A model generated the notes under the pieces. It worked only from the letters and a program-made list of their open reading frames with translations, ran no database searches and was not told where the DNA came from. From assembly GCF_000315625.1 (NCBI RefSeq), contig NW_005434632.1:281901-345900 (forward strand): 64,000 nt of DNA, in the 5' to 3' direction. Positions 1-13,300 of this stretch are shown here, piece by piece (the first letter of the stretch is position 1; the number at the start of each line of letters is the position of its first letter). Both the position numbers and the translations under genes were made by a program. The DNA comes from Guillardia theta CCMP2712. Its lineage: Eukaryota; Protista; Cryptophyta.

Positions 1-302
1 CGCAGTGCACGTCAACTACCTCAACATTCAAGGCCCCTCTGTGCTGCAGCTACAGGAAGAAATTGTATGGCGAGATGTGCGTGGACGCCAACGGCATGCT
101 AGACACAATGATCGCTAATTCGAAGACAAGCGGTGAATGCAGCGATGCGGCAGGCTGCATCGACTCTCTCAGCGTGGCGAGCACCACGAGCACCACCAGC
201 CCGACTAAGAGCGCAAGCCCTTCAGCATACAGCTTCGCATCCCTGCCCCTGGTTCTCTTGGTTGCAGCTGTGGGTGTGGTGAAGAGCAGCACTGGCATGT
301 AG
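1..302 (+). CDS. 3' end of a secreted/surface protein, possible GPI anchor (partial, 5' end outside window)
   Basis: Frame is open from the window edge to TAG at 300-302. Cys-containing segment, S/T-rich stalk (STTSTTSPTKSASPS), then a hydrophobic C-terminal tail (LPLVLLVAAVGVV). Confidence 0.5.
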   Translation, partial: QCTSTTSTFKAPLCCSYRKKLYGEMCVDANGMLDTMIANSKTSGECSDAAGCIDSLSVASTTSTTSPTKSASPSAYSFASLPLVLLVAAVGVVKSSTGM

Positions 303-1803
303 TAGCAAGAGAAGGTCCGTGGCTGGTTTCCTGCCGGGTTCTGCTTGACCGCTGATGCAACTTCGCGAGGAAGCAGAGGTTGTCTGCATTTGAGCGGGGT
401 AGAATCATCGAGTCATAATAAACCAAGTCCAACTCTGATCGGCAACAAAGCGATTCCTCATAAAACCTGAAAAAGGTAACGGCATGTGTTGTCACACCCC
501 GAGGCTTTACAGGATGAACCTTCAGCGTAGCTCAACAACAGCTTGCGCTGGAATTTCTCTACTAAGAAGAAAGCAGTCTGACAGAAAGAGACCTATCTCT
601 CTTTATTCTGACACAACGAACAAAACAAACACAACAAGCCAACACGCACTGGCGAGGCAGAAACAGACGTGGCACACACACGAAAGGGGAAGATCACCAG
701 CTAGTACTGACTAGGATGACCCTTTAATAGTTTCGAAGGAGACAGAAGTACCGTCTCTTGGCGGCTGAGGGAAGTAGGGGTGTTCTGTCCTTGGAAGTTG
801 ACAAGCTTCTCTCTTTAGATGTTGAACATTCCTTCAGCACTTCGCAGGCCAGCAAGGCTGCTTCCAACGGGTTGAACTCCACAACTTACGGTTAGATTCA
901 TCCCGGTGTCCAGTTCCGCTTGTTACTTAGTAAGCAACCACGGGTACACCGTCACTGTTCCTCAGCGGCAACAAAGACCTCCAGAGGGGTCCTTTTCAGC
1001 AGATTCACACAGAAGTAGAGTATCCAGGTTTATCCTCACAGGAGAAGTGATTTTCGAACACGGCCGCTGAGTGGACCCCCGAGTCCGATCACTGTCACTG
1101 GGCCACGGTCGGAGTACGGTCCGATCACGGGCCCGGGCCCGGGGGCCCGGGCCGGGCCCGGCGGCGTTACTAGTTAGTATTTTGAGGCGGCCCATCACGA
1201 AGGTTACGATAGTTGGAGAGGGGGTAGGGTAATAAGAAAGAGCGGATCTAAGCTTGAAAAAAGTGGGTACACGATGGGAATGTTTGGGGTGGTACATTGT
1301 GGGGTGGGGTTAAATGTTGAGGGGTCGGGAAGAGAGGGGAGAAAATGCTGCAGAAGGGAAAAGCAGGAGTTAGGCAGCAGGAAGAGCAAGGGAGGGATGA
1401 TGGAGGAGGAAAAGGAGAGAGAATGGGTGGATTCTAGGTGATTTCTGGTAGAGAGAGTAGGATGCTGTGTAAGTAGCAAGGAAGGGGAGGACTTGATGTC
1501 GATTCCTGTAGGAGGGAGGGATACCTGTCCCTACCTTGAACCAGACTTCAGTTTTTGTCCCCTTCGACTGTATGCGATTGACGGACAAGGAGGGTGAAGT
1601 AGTCGTCCACTCAATATGTACCGAGAGGCGAAAAGTACTCTTTGAGGGACGGTGGTTGTGGGCAGCATTAGCAAGAATTGTACTAGAGGAGCATTGGTAG
1701 CGCTCTATCGCAAGGAACTTTGCTGACATCTGCCTTTGCCTTTCTATTCTACAGCCTTTGCCGGGCGTTCTGCTTTAGCCTGCTTTCATGATCTTCTTGT
1801 GAA

Positions 1804-4800
1804 ATGGACATCGATGGCCAAAGTTCGCTTTACGCTGACAACTGCAGCCAAATCTGGGAAGTGATCCGGGCAGGGCAACTATCGGCCCTGACTGACAGCG
1901 GTGCGTCTGCGATCCGACACTGGGAAGGGCTTGTGTGCTGACATCAAGGATGTGACGGCAGATGACCTCTACCCGTACCTTCCTCTTCTTTCCCGGATCG
2001 CCCTGGCGCATGAGCTCCGGCCGCAGGTGTAGCGTGCTCGAGTCGCAGTGTCCCAGCGGTGACGCCATGGTGTGTCAGGATGAAGGACCATTTCCTGGGC
2101 TGGTGACGAAGCTCCAGCGATACAAGGACGCGGACAAGTGCCGGTCTTATGCATTGTTGAAGTGGCACGAGCTGCTCCAGCCTGTCAAGTCGCAGATGCT
2201 GGAGGTCAAGAGGGTAAGGCAGGTTAGTTGATGTATGTATGTTGTGATGATGAAGCTAGTTGATCGGCTCGTCGACAACTGAGCAAGCTGCCGAAACAAG
2301 CACCATGGATGTTGAGGAGGAGAATCTGGCACAGACCCTCGGGCATGGTCTAGTCACTGAGTATGAATGCAGCAACGACTCTCGGTCAGTCAAGTCTCGA
2401 TGCTTTCCTGCTTGGGATGTCACTGATTTTCCAACCTGCTTGCTCTCAGGCGCATGCAGATCCTGGTCTCAGAGCTAGCGCGGCTGGTCAAAGAAGACTT
2501 CACACATAAGGCTCCGGATCTTCGAAGTATGCTCCTCTCAAAGGAGGCTATCCAAGAAGACCTCAAGCTCATGCTGCCATTCGCCTTGTACAGGTTCCGC
2601 CTCGCCTGCTGTCTTGAAGTCATTGAATGACTTGATCCTGCAGATGTTCATTATTCTTTAACGTGGAGTCCGTCGTGAAAGCTCTACGGCAGGTGAGCAG
2701 ATTTCTCGGCCGTTCAGCTGTCTTTGATGTTGTCACGTCAGGTTGACGACAGGCTTGTTCTAGTCAAGTCCGTCGTCTCCAACTGTCCTTCAAGTGTGGA
2801 GGGCATCGTTTCGTCGCTTATCGATCAGATCTCTCAAGGGTCCAGCCGTTATTTTGCAAGGAACAGTCAGCCCAAACCGCAGGCTCCACTGTCCAACAAG
2901 CAAGACTCTGCACCCGACCCCGACTCGCAATGGTTCTCAGCCCTCTGGCTGATCTCTGCTTACTAAAGCGCCGCAGGTGGTCCAGGGTGTTGGAGCATGT
3001 GGCCAGCCTATCACTTGCGAATGCGCGGAGAGTACGACAAGAGCTGATGGTGAGCATTTATGACGCAGCGGGAGAAAGCTCCTCATCCGTTTTCACAGAA
3101 TGCCACTGTCCTCCCTGAACTTGTGATGTCGATTACGGTACTCATGGTCAAGGACTCTCTTGCCTTCCTCCTCAGCCACACGCACGGGCACGAGTGGCTA
3201 TGGGAGTACATCCACTCAACTCTTTCCACGGATGCAGTCGCAGTGAAGAGCTCCAACGGCTCCCCAGGCCAGCTTGCGGTCTACAAGGTTCTCCCTGCCT
3301 CCTCCCTTACCTTATCTCCAGCTCCATCCTCTCTTCTATCTCTTCTCTAGGGCTTCCCTCCGCTCCCTTCCCTTCCTCCTGCTTCATCCTCTCTCCCCCT
3401 TCTTCTCCCTGCTTCTCTACCCCTCCCTTTCTCCGCTCCCTTCCCCTCCTCCTGTCCCCTCCTCTTCTTCTCACCTCTGCTACCCTGACTGGGCTTGACT
3501 GGGCTTGGTTCCTGACAGCTTTTGAGCGCAATGTCCAACTCGCTTTCAACGGTTACCAGGTCCTCGTTCCCAGCTGCCCTCAAGCTCCTCACTCTTCTTG
3601 CAGCAGCAGCACGCCCTCTAGCGACCTCGGCATCCACAGCCCGGACCAGAGCTCTGACGGGAGGAAATCTGCGACCGTCATGGCTGACTGCGACGAGGAT
3701 GTTGAGGTTCTGGGGGATCATGGGGCCGCCGGCCTCCTCAAGCTCTACTGCGCCATGGTGGGCGATCCCTCGCTTGCTGCCGCTGCCTCCTGACTAGCGT
3801 CGTCTCAGATCGCTCTTGGCTCCATGCAGCCAAGCTTGCAGGAGGTTCTTGGGAGCTCTGCGCTGCCAGTGCATGGGTAAGGAGGGAAGGAAGGACACTA
3901 GGGTTGCTGACCGTAGTCCTGCAGCAACGTCGCCAAAGCGCAGGCGGGCCTGTTTTACATCCTCTGCCGGGGTCGAGCTGGGGGTTTCCAGGAGGCAGAA
4001 GGAGCAGAGGGCAAGGGAGCGGGGAGGATTTTCAGCGGGGAGGAAAGGCTCCTCGCCTTCTGCGCGCTGATCCTCTGGCCCCGGCTCAAGTCAGTGATCC
4101 CCCAGCACGTGGTGACTGCGTCCATCAAGAGCCTGTGGAACGCTAGCTCGGCTCCAGCTGTGCCCAAGGCAGATTCGTCCACGAGGTCGTCTCCCCTCGC
4201 TTCTCCGACGGCAGCTTCAGCTGGGGAGTCGCTGGGAAGCTCTGGGGGGGTACAGGATGGCAACGAGGCCGTGAACTCCACGCAAATGGCGGTCGAGCCG
4301 GGATCGCAGGGAGGAGGGGGGACAGCAGCAGCACCAACAGCAGCAGCAGGGGTAGGGGTAGGGTTAGGGGGTGCCACAGAGTGTGGAGAGGTCGACGACG
4401 TGACGATCTTGCTAAGCTTGTTCGTGACGAGGGATCTGGTGGCGGTGGGGGAGCTGGTGCGAACTGCGACGGGCCTGTCGTGCCACGTGCAGGGCGAGTC
4501 GTTGAACAAACTTGCGGACATGATTGCGGAGGGGACGGACGTCAAGCAGCTGTCAAGAGCTGTCCTGGGGTACGAGAGCTCGGTGGAGGGGAGCAGCGGA
4601 CCAGGCGGCGTCTCCCCCCTGAAGGAGTCGAGCATGAGGGAGAGCGCGAGGATCCAATGCGTCTACTCGCTTGCGCGCGACGGCAAGTTGATATCCTCAG
4701 TCCAGGTGGGCAGCTGAAAGTCTCCCGTTGATCCCCCTGCTGGTTTTCCTGACTCCTTGCCGTCTGCTGCTGTCGTTTCGTTCCTGCTGCTGTTCCTCCT

Positions 4801-7800
4801 TATCTGCTGCTGTTCTTCCTGTCCCGTTAACCCTCGGCTGCTATTCTTTCTTACCTCTTCCCCTCCAGGACGGGGAAAGGTTCAACCGATGGCTGCTGCA
4901 CGTGATGGGAAACGCGCCGTTCCCCCTTCCCAACGTCCTCCCGCAGGTGAGACGCCGAAAGTCTCTTGCTCCTCCTTCTCATTTCTCCTTCAGCTACTCG
5001 AAGAATCTGCAAAGATGGCATGCATGGAGCGATCCAAGGCAAGGGCCTGCCCTCCTCCTCGTCCTCATCCTTGTCCTCCACTGACCTCGATCTCGACCTC
5101 GACCTCGTCCTCATCCTCGTCCTTGTCCTCGACTGTCCTCGTCCTCGTCCTCGTCCTTGTCCTCGTCCTTGTCCTCGTCCTTGTCCTTGTCCTCGTCCTT
5201 GTCCTCGTCATCCTCCTTTAGCATCTCGTTTCCATTCTTAATGCCCCCTTTGTCGTCCTGCTCCTAGTCCCACTTGTCCTGGTCCTCTTCTTGGATCTAG
5301 ACTTGTATTCTCCCCCCCGTCCTCCCCTCCTCTCCCTCACTTGTTCTCGCTCACCTCCTTTCCTCGCAGGTTGTGGGACTCCCTCTCCCTGCTCTCAAGA
5401 GCCTGCTGGAAGCGCGCGAGTCAGAGTTGCTAGAGGGAAGGGAGATGTCCAGCTCGGACCAGAGCAAGAGCAAGTCCACAGGAGCGATCCTCGCTGCCTA
5501 CTACCTCCTGAGCAGGAGGTCGCAATGGATCTCCAAGCAGGTGGAGTCAGGAACGCGCCGCAGGCAACTTCCTCCTCGATCCATGGCTATTCGAAGGTTT
5601 TACAGCTCTTGCTCCCCCTTTCCCCCCTCTTCCTTCTCTCCCTCCCCTTTTCACCCGTCCTGTTCGTCCTCCTAGCCCTCTTTGTCCTCCTCCCCCAGCT
5701 TTCTTCTTTCTCGTCATCCTCGCCTTCTCGCCTTCTCGCCCCCTTACCAACGTGCGCAGAATGCAAGATGAAAGAGGAGCGATCGGACCGGAGATGGTAG
5801 GGCATGCTTCAGGAGGCGGGGAGGGGAAGGAGAAGCAGAGGAAGAATAAGACTACATATGTTGTTGTTGTTGTTGTTGATGATGATGATGATGAAGAAGA
5901 CGATGATGATGATGATGATGAAGAAGAAGATGATGATGATGATGAGGAGGAGGAGGAGGAAGGATGAGGGAGGAGGAGGAGGAGGAGGAGTGACTTGCCA
6001 ACAGGAAGCGATGGTGGCCATGCTGCCTCTCAAGGTCTACCTGCAAGAGATCGAGCAGGGAGGGTATCAGGCCATCCAGCCGCAGTTCCTGCAGATGGTG
6101 AGGACCCTTCCTGCCGCCTCCTCTCCTCCTCCTTCTCCTCCTTCTCTTCTTTCTCCTCCTTCTTCTCCTCCTGCTCCTTCTCCTTCTCCTCCTCCTTATC
6201 CTCCCCTTCCCTCTCCGCCCTCGCCTCCTCCCGCGTATTCCGCTCTTCTCCACCCCCCCCTCCCCTCCTCCTCTTCTCACCTTTTCCCGCAGGTTGTTGA
6301 GCAGTTCCCCGAGGTCCTCCTCGACTCTCATCGCTCCATCGCCTCTGTGGGAACCGACCCGACGCTTCAGGACGCACTCAAGTCCTGCTCCTCTTCCACC
6401 ACCTCCTCTTCCTCTTCTTCCGCTCCTGCCTCCTCGCTCCTCACTCCTTCTCCCCCCCTTCCCTTCCCTCTCGACCACCGCAGGGCAAGGAACGCCTTCC
6501 TCAACTACTCCAGCAACCCTCAGGCCTGCCTCCTCATCCTCGACGTCCTCTCGCGCCTGCCTGACGGCGAGCTGGAGCAGTTCGCAGGTCGCTCGCGCTC
6601 TTTCCCTGCTCCTCCTCCTGCTGACTCCGAGCTCAGGCCTCCTCCTCATGATCCTCCTCCCTCGCATGCTCGTCCAGCAGGTGTCGGGCAGCACAGACCA
6701 GTCAGCCCAGCCCTCCCCCAGCGTCATCGCTCCCCTCTTCGAGGCCCTGTGGGATCGGCTGCTTGCTCGACATCCCTGCCCCATCGTCGCCAAGACCTCC
6801 TACTCCCTCCTTCACTACAAGTCCCTCGTGGCCTGCGAGGAGGACGCGTCCATCAGCTCGGACAGCCTCTTCATGGGATGGAAGTGCTGGGGTTGGGGGG
6901 CTCCCGAGCTGGGCAGGTTGACAGGGAGGGTGTTCGACATCAACACGAGCGGGCTGAGCGGAGGAGAAGCGTTTGAGTTCTCCCTGCTCTCCTTTCACGA
7001 GTCGCTGTCAAGGTAGGACGAGGGCGAGGAGAAGCAGGAGGAGCAGGGGGCCGGGAAAGGTAGAGGAGAGAAGGGGGAGAAAGGGGATATGATGCGATGC
7101 ATTGAGAAAGGGAGGAGCGGGAGGAGGGAGGGAGAAGGAGGAGGAGGAGGGAGGGAGAGGGGGAGGAGGGAGGAGAACAAGAGGGAGGGGAGCCGCTCAG
7201 TGCTTTCACAGGGATGTATTGACGATCTTGTCGATCGACGACCACATATTCCACGAGCCTTCTCTGCTCCGAATTGTCTTGAGCTGCCTGGCTCTCTATC
7301 AGACGATCAGCGAGGTAGGGGAAGGTGATGATGATGATGATGACGACGACGACGATGATGATGATGATGCGGAGGGGGAGGAGGAGGAAGGAAGAGGAGA
7401 GAGGGAGATATTTGATTTTGCGAGCAGATCAGTTTTGATCATGAAGTCTCCAAGTCGCAGAAGATGGTTGATTTTCTCTCCCTCCCTCCCTCCCNNNNNN
7501 NNNNNNNNNNNNNNNNNNNNNNNNNNNNNNNNNNNNNNNNNNNNNNNNNNNNNNNNNNNNNNNNNNNNNNNNNNNNNNNNNNNNNNNNNNNNNNGTGCGA
7601 GTGCACTACCAAACCCATACGCCCCCATCCTCCCCCGCCACCCCCCTACATCCCCTACCTCCACCCCCACCCCCTCCCTCCCCCCCCCCCTTACCCCCCT
7701 CCCCCTCCCTCCCCCCTCCTCCCTCTCCGCCTTATCCGAATTTGATTCGACAAGCAGGATGAAAAGATGCTAGACGAGCAGCTGAGTGTAATCGTCAACA

Positions 7801-8068
7801 CTCAGAACAGGTGAAGGAGGGAGGGTCTGAGGGAGAGAGAGGAAGCGAACGAGTGAGGGGGAGGGAAGGAGGGAGGGGGAAGGAAGGGAGACAAGGAGGA
7901 GGTGAGGGAGGAGGAAGGCGATTCAGTTAACATTCTTGCAGCGCGATCATTCAGATCTTGTTGGAGATTTGCTTGCCCTTCGTTGAAGATGATTCCTTGC
8001 TTGCTATTGAGGTGCCTGCTGCTGCTCTTTGTCCTCGTCCTCGCCCTCGTTCTCGTCCTCGTTCTCGT

Positions 8069-8111
<43 letters not shown>

Positions 8112-10204
8112 ATCGTTTTCTCCCCTCTTCCTGTTTCTGTTCCTCGCTGCAGGTCAGCTATGTTGTGACGGCTTAGGTCAGAACCGCAAGGCGATCTGTC
8201 AGTACATTCATCGAGTATTTATCAAGAATACCATCCTCGTCAAGCTCGTCCACTTCCAGGTACCTTGCCTCCCCCTCCTCCCCTCTTTCCTCCTCCTCCC
8301 CCTCCTCAACTTCCTCCCCTTTCTCTTTCTCGTCCTCCTCCTTCTCCTCTCTCCTCCTTGTCCTCTATCTCCTCCTGATCGTCCTCCTCCTCTCCTCGTT
8401 ATCCGCCTCCTCGTCCTCCTGGTTCATCCCTTCTCCCTAGGGAATTTCTCCCTCTCTCTTCTCTCAGCTCTCTTTCTCCTCTGACTCTCCGCAGGGTTAC
8501 AATCCGAAACTCATCAAGTGCCTCGTCGACAACGTTCCTGCCATGCATGTACGAGCGAAAATTATTTCCTCCTCCCTCCTCCCTCCTCCCTCCTCCCTCC
8601 TCCCTCCTCCCTCCTCCCTCCTCCCTCCTCCCTCCTCGTTCCCATCCTCCTCTTCTGTTCCTTCCCCCTCCTTCCCTCTTGGCCTCCCTCACATCCTCGA
8701 AGATTTGCAGGGAATGGCTTCCGGAACTGCTCTCGCAGCCTGACCCCAGGACTCGCTCCTTCGCAGGTTTATAGCCCGTGCCTCCCAATCTCCTGTCCTC
8801 CTTCACCCATCTACCTTCTCCTCCCTTCCCCTTCCGTCCTCCCCCTCCCCCTCCTTCCCTCCCCGTCTACCTTCTCCCTTCCTCCTTCCTCTCTCTCCCC
8901 TCCTTCTTCCTCCTGACCCTCTCTCCTCCTCCATTTTCTCCTCCCTGCTCACTTCTCAATTGCTATCACTCCAGCCTCTCCTCTCCTCTTCCTCCTTCTG
9001 ACTTGCTGCAGTGCTGCTCGCTGGGCATGTCGCGCACAAATGGCCTCTCAAGGAGACGGAGAAATTGGTGTGTTTGAAGTCAACGAAGGGGAGGAAGGAG
9101 AAGAAGCGATGATGGGGATGGGAAGCTGGGGGGGAGGAGGGAACTGACAAGGACGGAGGAGGAGGCCTTTATGGCTTGAGGAGGAGCAAAGAGGGAAGGG
9201 GGAAGGAGGGATGGGCAGTGGAGGACACGGAGGAAGAGGAGGCTAACTTCTATGCAGGTGAACCTCGCCCTCCACCGTATCCGAGAAGCTGCAAGCTCTG
9301 ACGACAGGTAAAGTCAGAGGGACCTTGGCAAGAGAGGAGGGGGAGGGTTGGCAGCGTTAGCAGCATCCTTAGCTCCCTCCTCCTCCTCCTCCTCCTCCTC
9401 CTCCTCCTCCTCCTCCTCCTCCTCCTCCTCCTCCTCCTCCTCCTCCTCTGCCTTCTCCTCCTCCGCCTTCTCCTCCTCCGCCTTGTCCTCCTCCGCCTTC
9501 TCCTCCTCCTCCTCCTCAGCAGCAGCAGCAGCAAGTAACTCAGACTTCAGGGCTTCTCTTCGAGAGATGATTCCTATCCTCCCTATTATGGCTGTGACGT
9601 TCCCTCGGACGGGACTAGAAGAGGCTGTCCCAGTTGCTCAGCAAGCCGTCAAGGTGCCTTGAGTTTCCTCTCCCTCCTTGCCCCTCGTTCCTTCCTCTAT
9701 CCCTTCTTCCCTCCCTCCCTCCCTCCCTCCCTCCCTCCCTCCCTCTCTCCCTCGATGCTCTCTTTCCCCTTCCTCAGTCATCTTCCCCTTCCCATCCTTT
9801 GTCATGTTCCTCTTTGCTCTTGCTCTCTCTTGTTCTCTCACTGCTCCGCAGGTTCTCGTACAAGTCAAGTTTGACACCTCGACGGAGGAGGACGAGGTGA
9901 GAGGCTGTGGAAGGGAGGACAGGACAGGACAGGACAGACGAAGCGAGGAGAGGGAGGGGAGGGGAGGGGAGGGGAGGGGAGGGGAGGGGAGGAGGAGGGG
10001 AAAGGATGTACACAAGGGAGGTAGAATGGAGGAGGGAGAAGGAGGAAGGAAAGTGCAAAACTGATCCCATTGTAGGAGGAGAAACTCGACGGTTTGATCG
10101 ACGAGGCCATGACTGGTGAGCAGCTTGTAGCTTCCTCGTCCTCCTCACTCTTTCACGCAGCCATCATGGAGCGCGTGCTGCTGCTGCAAGGAGTCGCCGT
10201 GTGA
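1804..10204 (+). CDS. INTS2: Integrator complex subunit 2, multi-exon (>20 exons; one N-gap at 7495-7594)
   Basis: Spliced segments match INTS2 hallmarks. N-terminal DVTADDLYPYLPLLSRIAL (1949-). C-terminal DVLTILSIDDHIFHEPSLLRIVLSCL (7213-), AICQYIHRVFIKNTILVKLVHFQ|GYNPKLIKCLVDNVPAMH|EWLPELLSQPD...VLLAGHVAHKWPL (8190-9050). The start (MDIDGQ, 1804) and last exon (IMERVLLLQGVAV*, stop 10202-10204) are best guesses. Confidence 0.8.
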
Positions 10205-10357
10205 GGAGTCACAGACACGAACGAGAGCAAAGAGGACGAGCGGTGGGGTATGCGGCAATGGCGCAGAGGTAGGCAGGAGAGGAGGAGGAAGAAGATGAAA
10301 TGAGGGGGAGAGGAGGCGGCAAGGAGTATGTAGCAGGAGCAAGCGTGTAAACTGAGT

Positions 10358-13300
10358 TTACTGTCTCTGTCCCTCGAAACCTCTGCGATATTCTCCTCCT
10401 CTCACTACCCGAGGCCCTCGGTCTCCTCCTCCACGTTCCCCTCTAGGCCCTCGCTGCCAGCCGCCGCCAGCCTTGTTCTGCTGCTTGAACTCGTAGCCGC
10501 CGTAACGCTGATCCCAACCCTGATAGACAAGTCAGAGAAAGGCAGGAGAGGGGGAGGGGGAGGGTTTGATAAGAAATGCTGTGAACCGACAAACATGAAA
10601 CAGAGGACGAGGAAGGAAACTGAAACTTGTGAGCAGGAAATCAGGTGAGAGAGGAGAGAATGACGTGAAGAGGAAGAGGAGGAAGGGAGAGAGAGGAAGA
10701 GGAGGGAGAGCCTGAGGAAGAGGAGGGAGAGCCTGAGGAAGAGGAGAGGCTGAGGGCAGATGGGAGGGAAGACACAGCCACAGCAGCACACACACAAAGG
10801 ATCTCATCCCATCGGACATCACCTTCTCATTGCTTTCTACGAGCTTGCCGAGGAGGTCCGAGTACTGCAAGCCGATATGGTGCAGGCGGCTCCTCTCCTT
10901 TTTGTGCATCACGATGGAGCCAGTGGGCTGGTCCCAGGATGCGAAGAGTTCCTCCGAGATGATCATCTTGCTCACGAGCGTGTTGACGACCTGACGCTCG
11001 AGCTCGAACATGTCGCAAAGCTGCTCCAACGAGAGGGCGTCGTAGAATGCCGAGTAGGCGAACAGAAACGTCCGCAGCGCCTCCTCCTTGATCTTCCTCC
11101 TCAGCATCTCCGTCACCTTCACCACGCTCTCCTCGCTCCCAATCTGGCTCCAGACAGGCAGCGCCAGGATGTGCGCCTCGCACTGCCGCCAGTCTCCCTT
11201 CTCCAGCGCCCGGGCGCCCGCCATGATGACGTCACGGGTCGTCTCGGGAGGGCCCGAGAGGGGGTTGCGGTCCGAGTTGTCGAAGACTCGCTTGAGAGCA
11301 CGGGAGGTCCACTTCCTCTTGGAGTCGTAGGCCATGGCCACCATCTTGGGGATCTCGAGCAGGAAAGCGCCGACGAGGTGGCAGCACTCGATGAGCTCCA
11401 AGTTGATGTGCATGTGGTAGGGAGTCTGGCGCTTTCGCTCCGCCCGCTCCTGCGTCTCGTTCCTGTCGTTGTAGCGCTGGGAGGAGATGCCCTGGGCCAG
11501 GAGCTCCTTGAGGCGATTGTTGCAGCAGAGCTCGTCGAAGCAGTTGTGCGCGTCCATGATCAGACCGCAGCGGAAGGCGGAGAGGCCCAATTGTGCCATG
11601 GTGCGGTTGAAGAGGATCTGAGTGGGGATGGTGTAGGACTGGTGGATGTTGTCTTGCAGGTGGCTCATCAGCATCATATCCCGCGCTTGATAGAAGCGAT
11701 CGTGCAGCGCGTGGTAGTAGATCTGACAGAGCATCGCCTTGGTGCGGATGGTGTCGTCACCGTACTGGTACACCAGCATCGCCATCTCCTCGATGAAGGC
11801 CGCTCTGTTCTCCACTCTGTCCCCATGCTGCTGGACGATGGTTCCAGCCTTGGCCACGAGCGAGTCGTGCTTGTAGTAGAGATGCTCGAGGCGGCGCATG
11901 GCGAGCCTGGCGGCCACGTCCTTCTTCCCCATCTTGAGGTAATACGTCTGCACATCCTCAGCAAGCTGGAGGAAGGGAGCGATGTCCAGCAGGCGCTTCA
12001 GGAACTCCGGAGCATGGTTGTCGAGAAGCCGCAGGGAGAGGTAGAGGTCGTCGTCGAGCCGCTCGACAAAGGAGACCAAGTTGCTCGCCACCTGCAGAGG
12101 CTCGTCGTCCTCGAACATGTCGTCGGGGACCTGAGCCCGGGAGACCGTGGCAGCAGACTGCCCGGTGTTCTCCTCGTTCAGCTCCGGGTTCTCACTGAGC
12201 ACCTCGAGGAGGCGGCGGATGTTCCTCATCGTCTTGGTCCACAGGCACTGGTCCCTGGAGGACACCTTGCTGCCGTTCTGGTTCTCGATCTCGAAGCTGA
12301 TCGGGAGGAGGCCCAGCCCAGCTCGGTCACGCTGCTGCGCCTGATGGTGGAGGAATTGGGCAGTGATGAGATCGAACTGGGAGGAGATCAAGTGCACGAG
12401 AACTTGCGCGGTCATCATGGGGGAGATGTTGGCAGTAGCAAGGACCTCGAGCTGAGGTTCAAGTAAGCAGAGGAACAGCAAGAGCTCGGGAGTGAACCTG
12501 AGCAATCTGGTCCTTCTTGGAGGTTCCCTTCTTTCCACGGACGGCCAGAGTCTCCTCCAACTTCTTCTTTACGTTCTCCTCGGTCAAGACCATCTGCTCC
12601 TCTTTCTTGCCAGAGTCCTGTTGAGGACGTCAGCACCAACAGGCAGCCTCATGCCGCTGTCAACCTTGGGCTTGTCTTCGTCCTCCTTCCTTGCCTTGGT
12701 TTCTCTGACCTGCAAGAATAGTCAGCCCCTTGCGCCTTGTACGATGACTTCTGTCTCACCTTTGGCTCCTTCTTCTTCTTCACTTTCTCGAAGCCGTCGT
12801 CGTCAGAGGAGTCCGACCCATCGCCAGTCTTCATCCACTTGCTGATGCCGGTGGCGCCGCTTCTACCAGCATCATCGCTGGAGGACGAGTCGTCTGCGGA
12901 AAGCGAGTGAACTATGGTTGAACAACAGGTCAAGTCAGCACCTGACGACGAGGACGACCACTCATCTTCATCGTCGTCATCGTCCTCCTCCTCATCGTCT
13001 GCATGGAACGTATGAGTTTCACACTTCAAGGAGTAATCTGTAGCACCGTCATCTTTCTTCTTCTTGGGCTTCTCGTCTTCACTTTCGCTCTCCTGGAGGA
13101 CACAACTATGAGCCACCATGGCGGAGGCCTTCAGCGGTTACTCACAGATTCGCTCTCGGACTCGCTCTCGGACTCGCTACTCTCATCTTCCTCTTCGTCC
13201 TCGTCCTCACCCTTGAGACGATCAAATTTAGCCACTCCCCTTCTTATATGAAACATCCAAACCTCGTCTTCCACGGGGTTTTCAAGGAACTTGGCGATCT

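Noticed and set aside
480-1060. Possible small minus-strand gene
   Set aside because: No consistent exon chain or recognisable motif could be assembled.
5804-6976. 390-aa ORF and many other poly-M/L/R/S/P/H ORFs (e.g. 45746-47161, 47163-47534, 59580-60668)
   Set aside because: Read-through of intronic microsatellites and N-gaps. Only the splice-bounded parts are coding.
10760-12466. 568-aa plus-strand ORF
   Set aside because: Antisense shadow of the GC3-rich eIF3c exon, with no independent domain signal.
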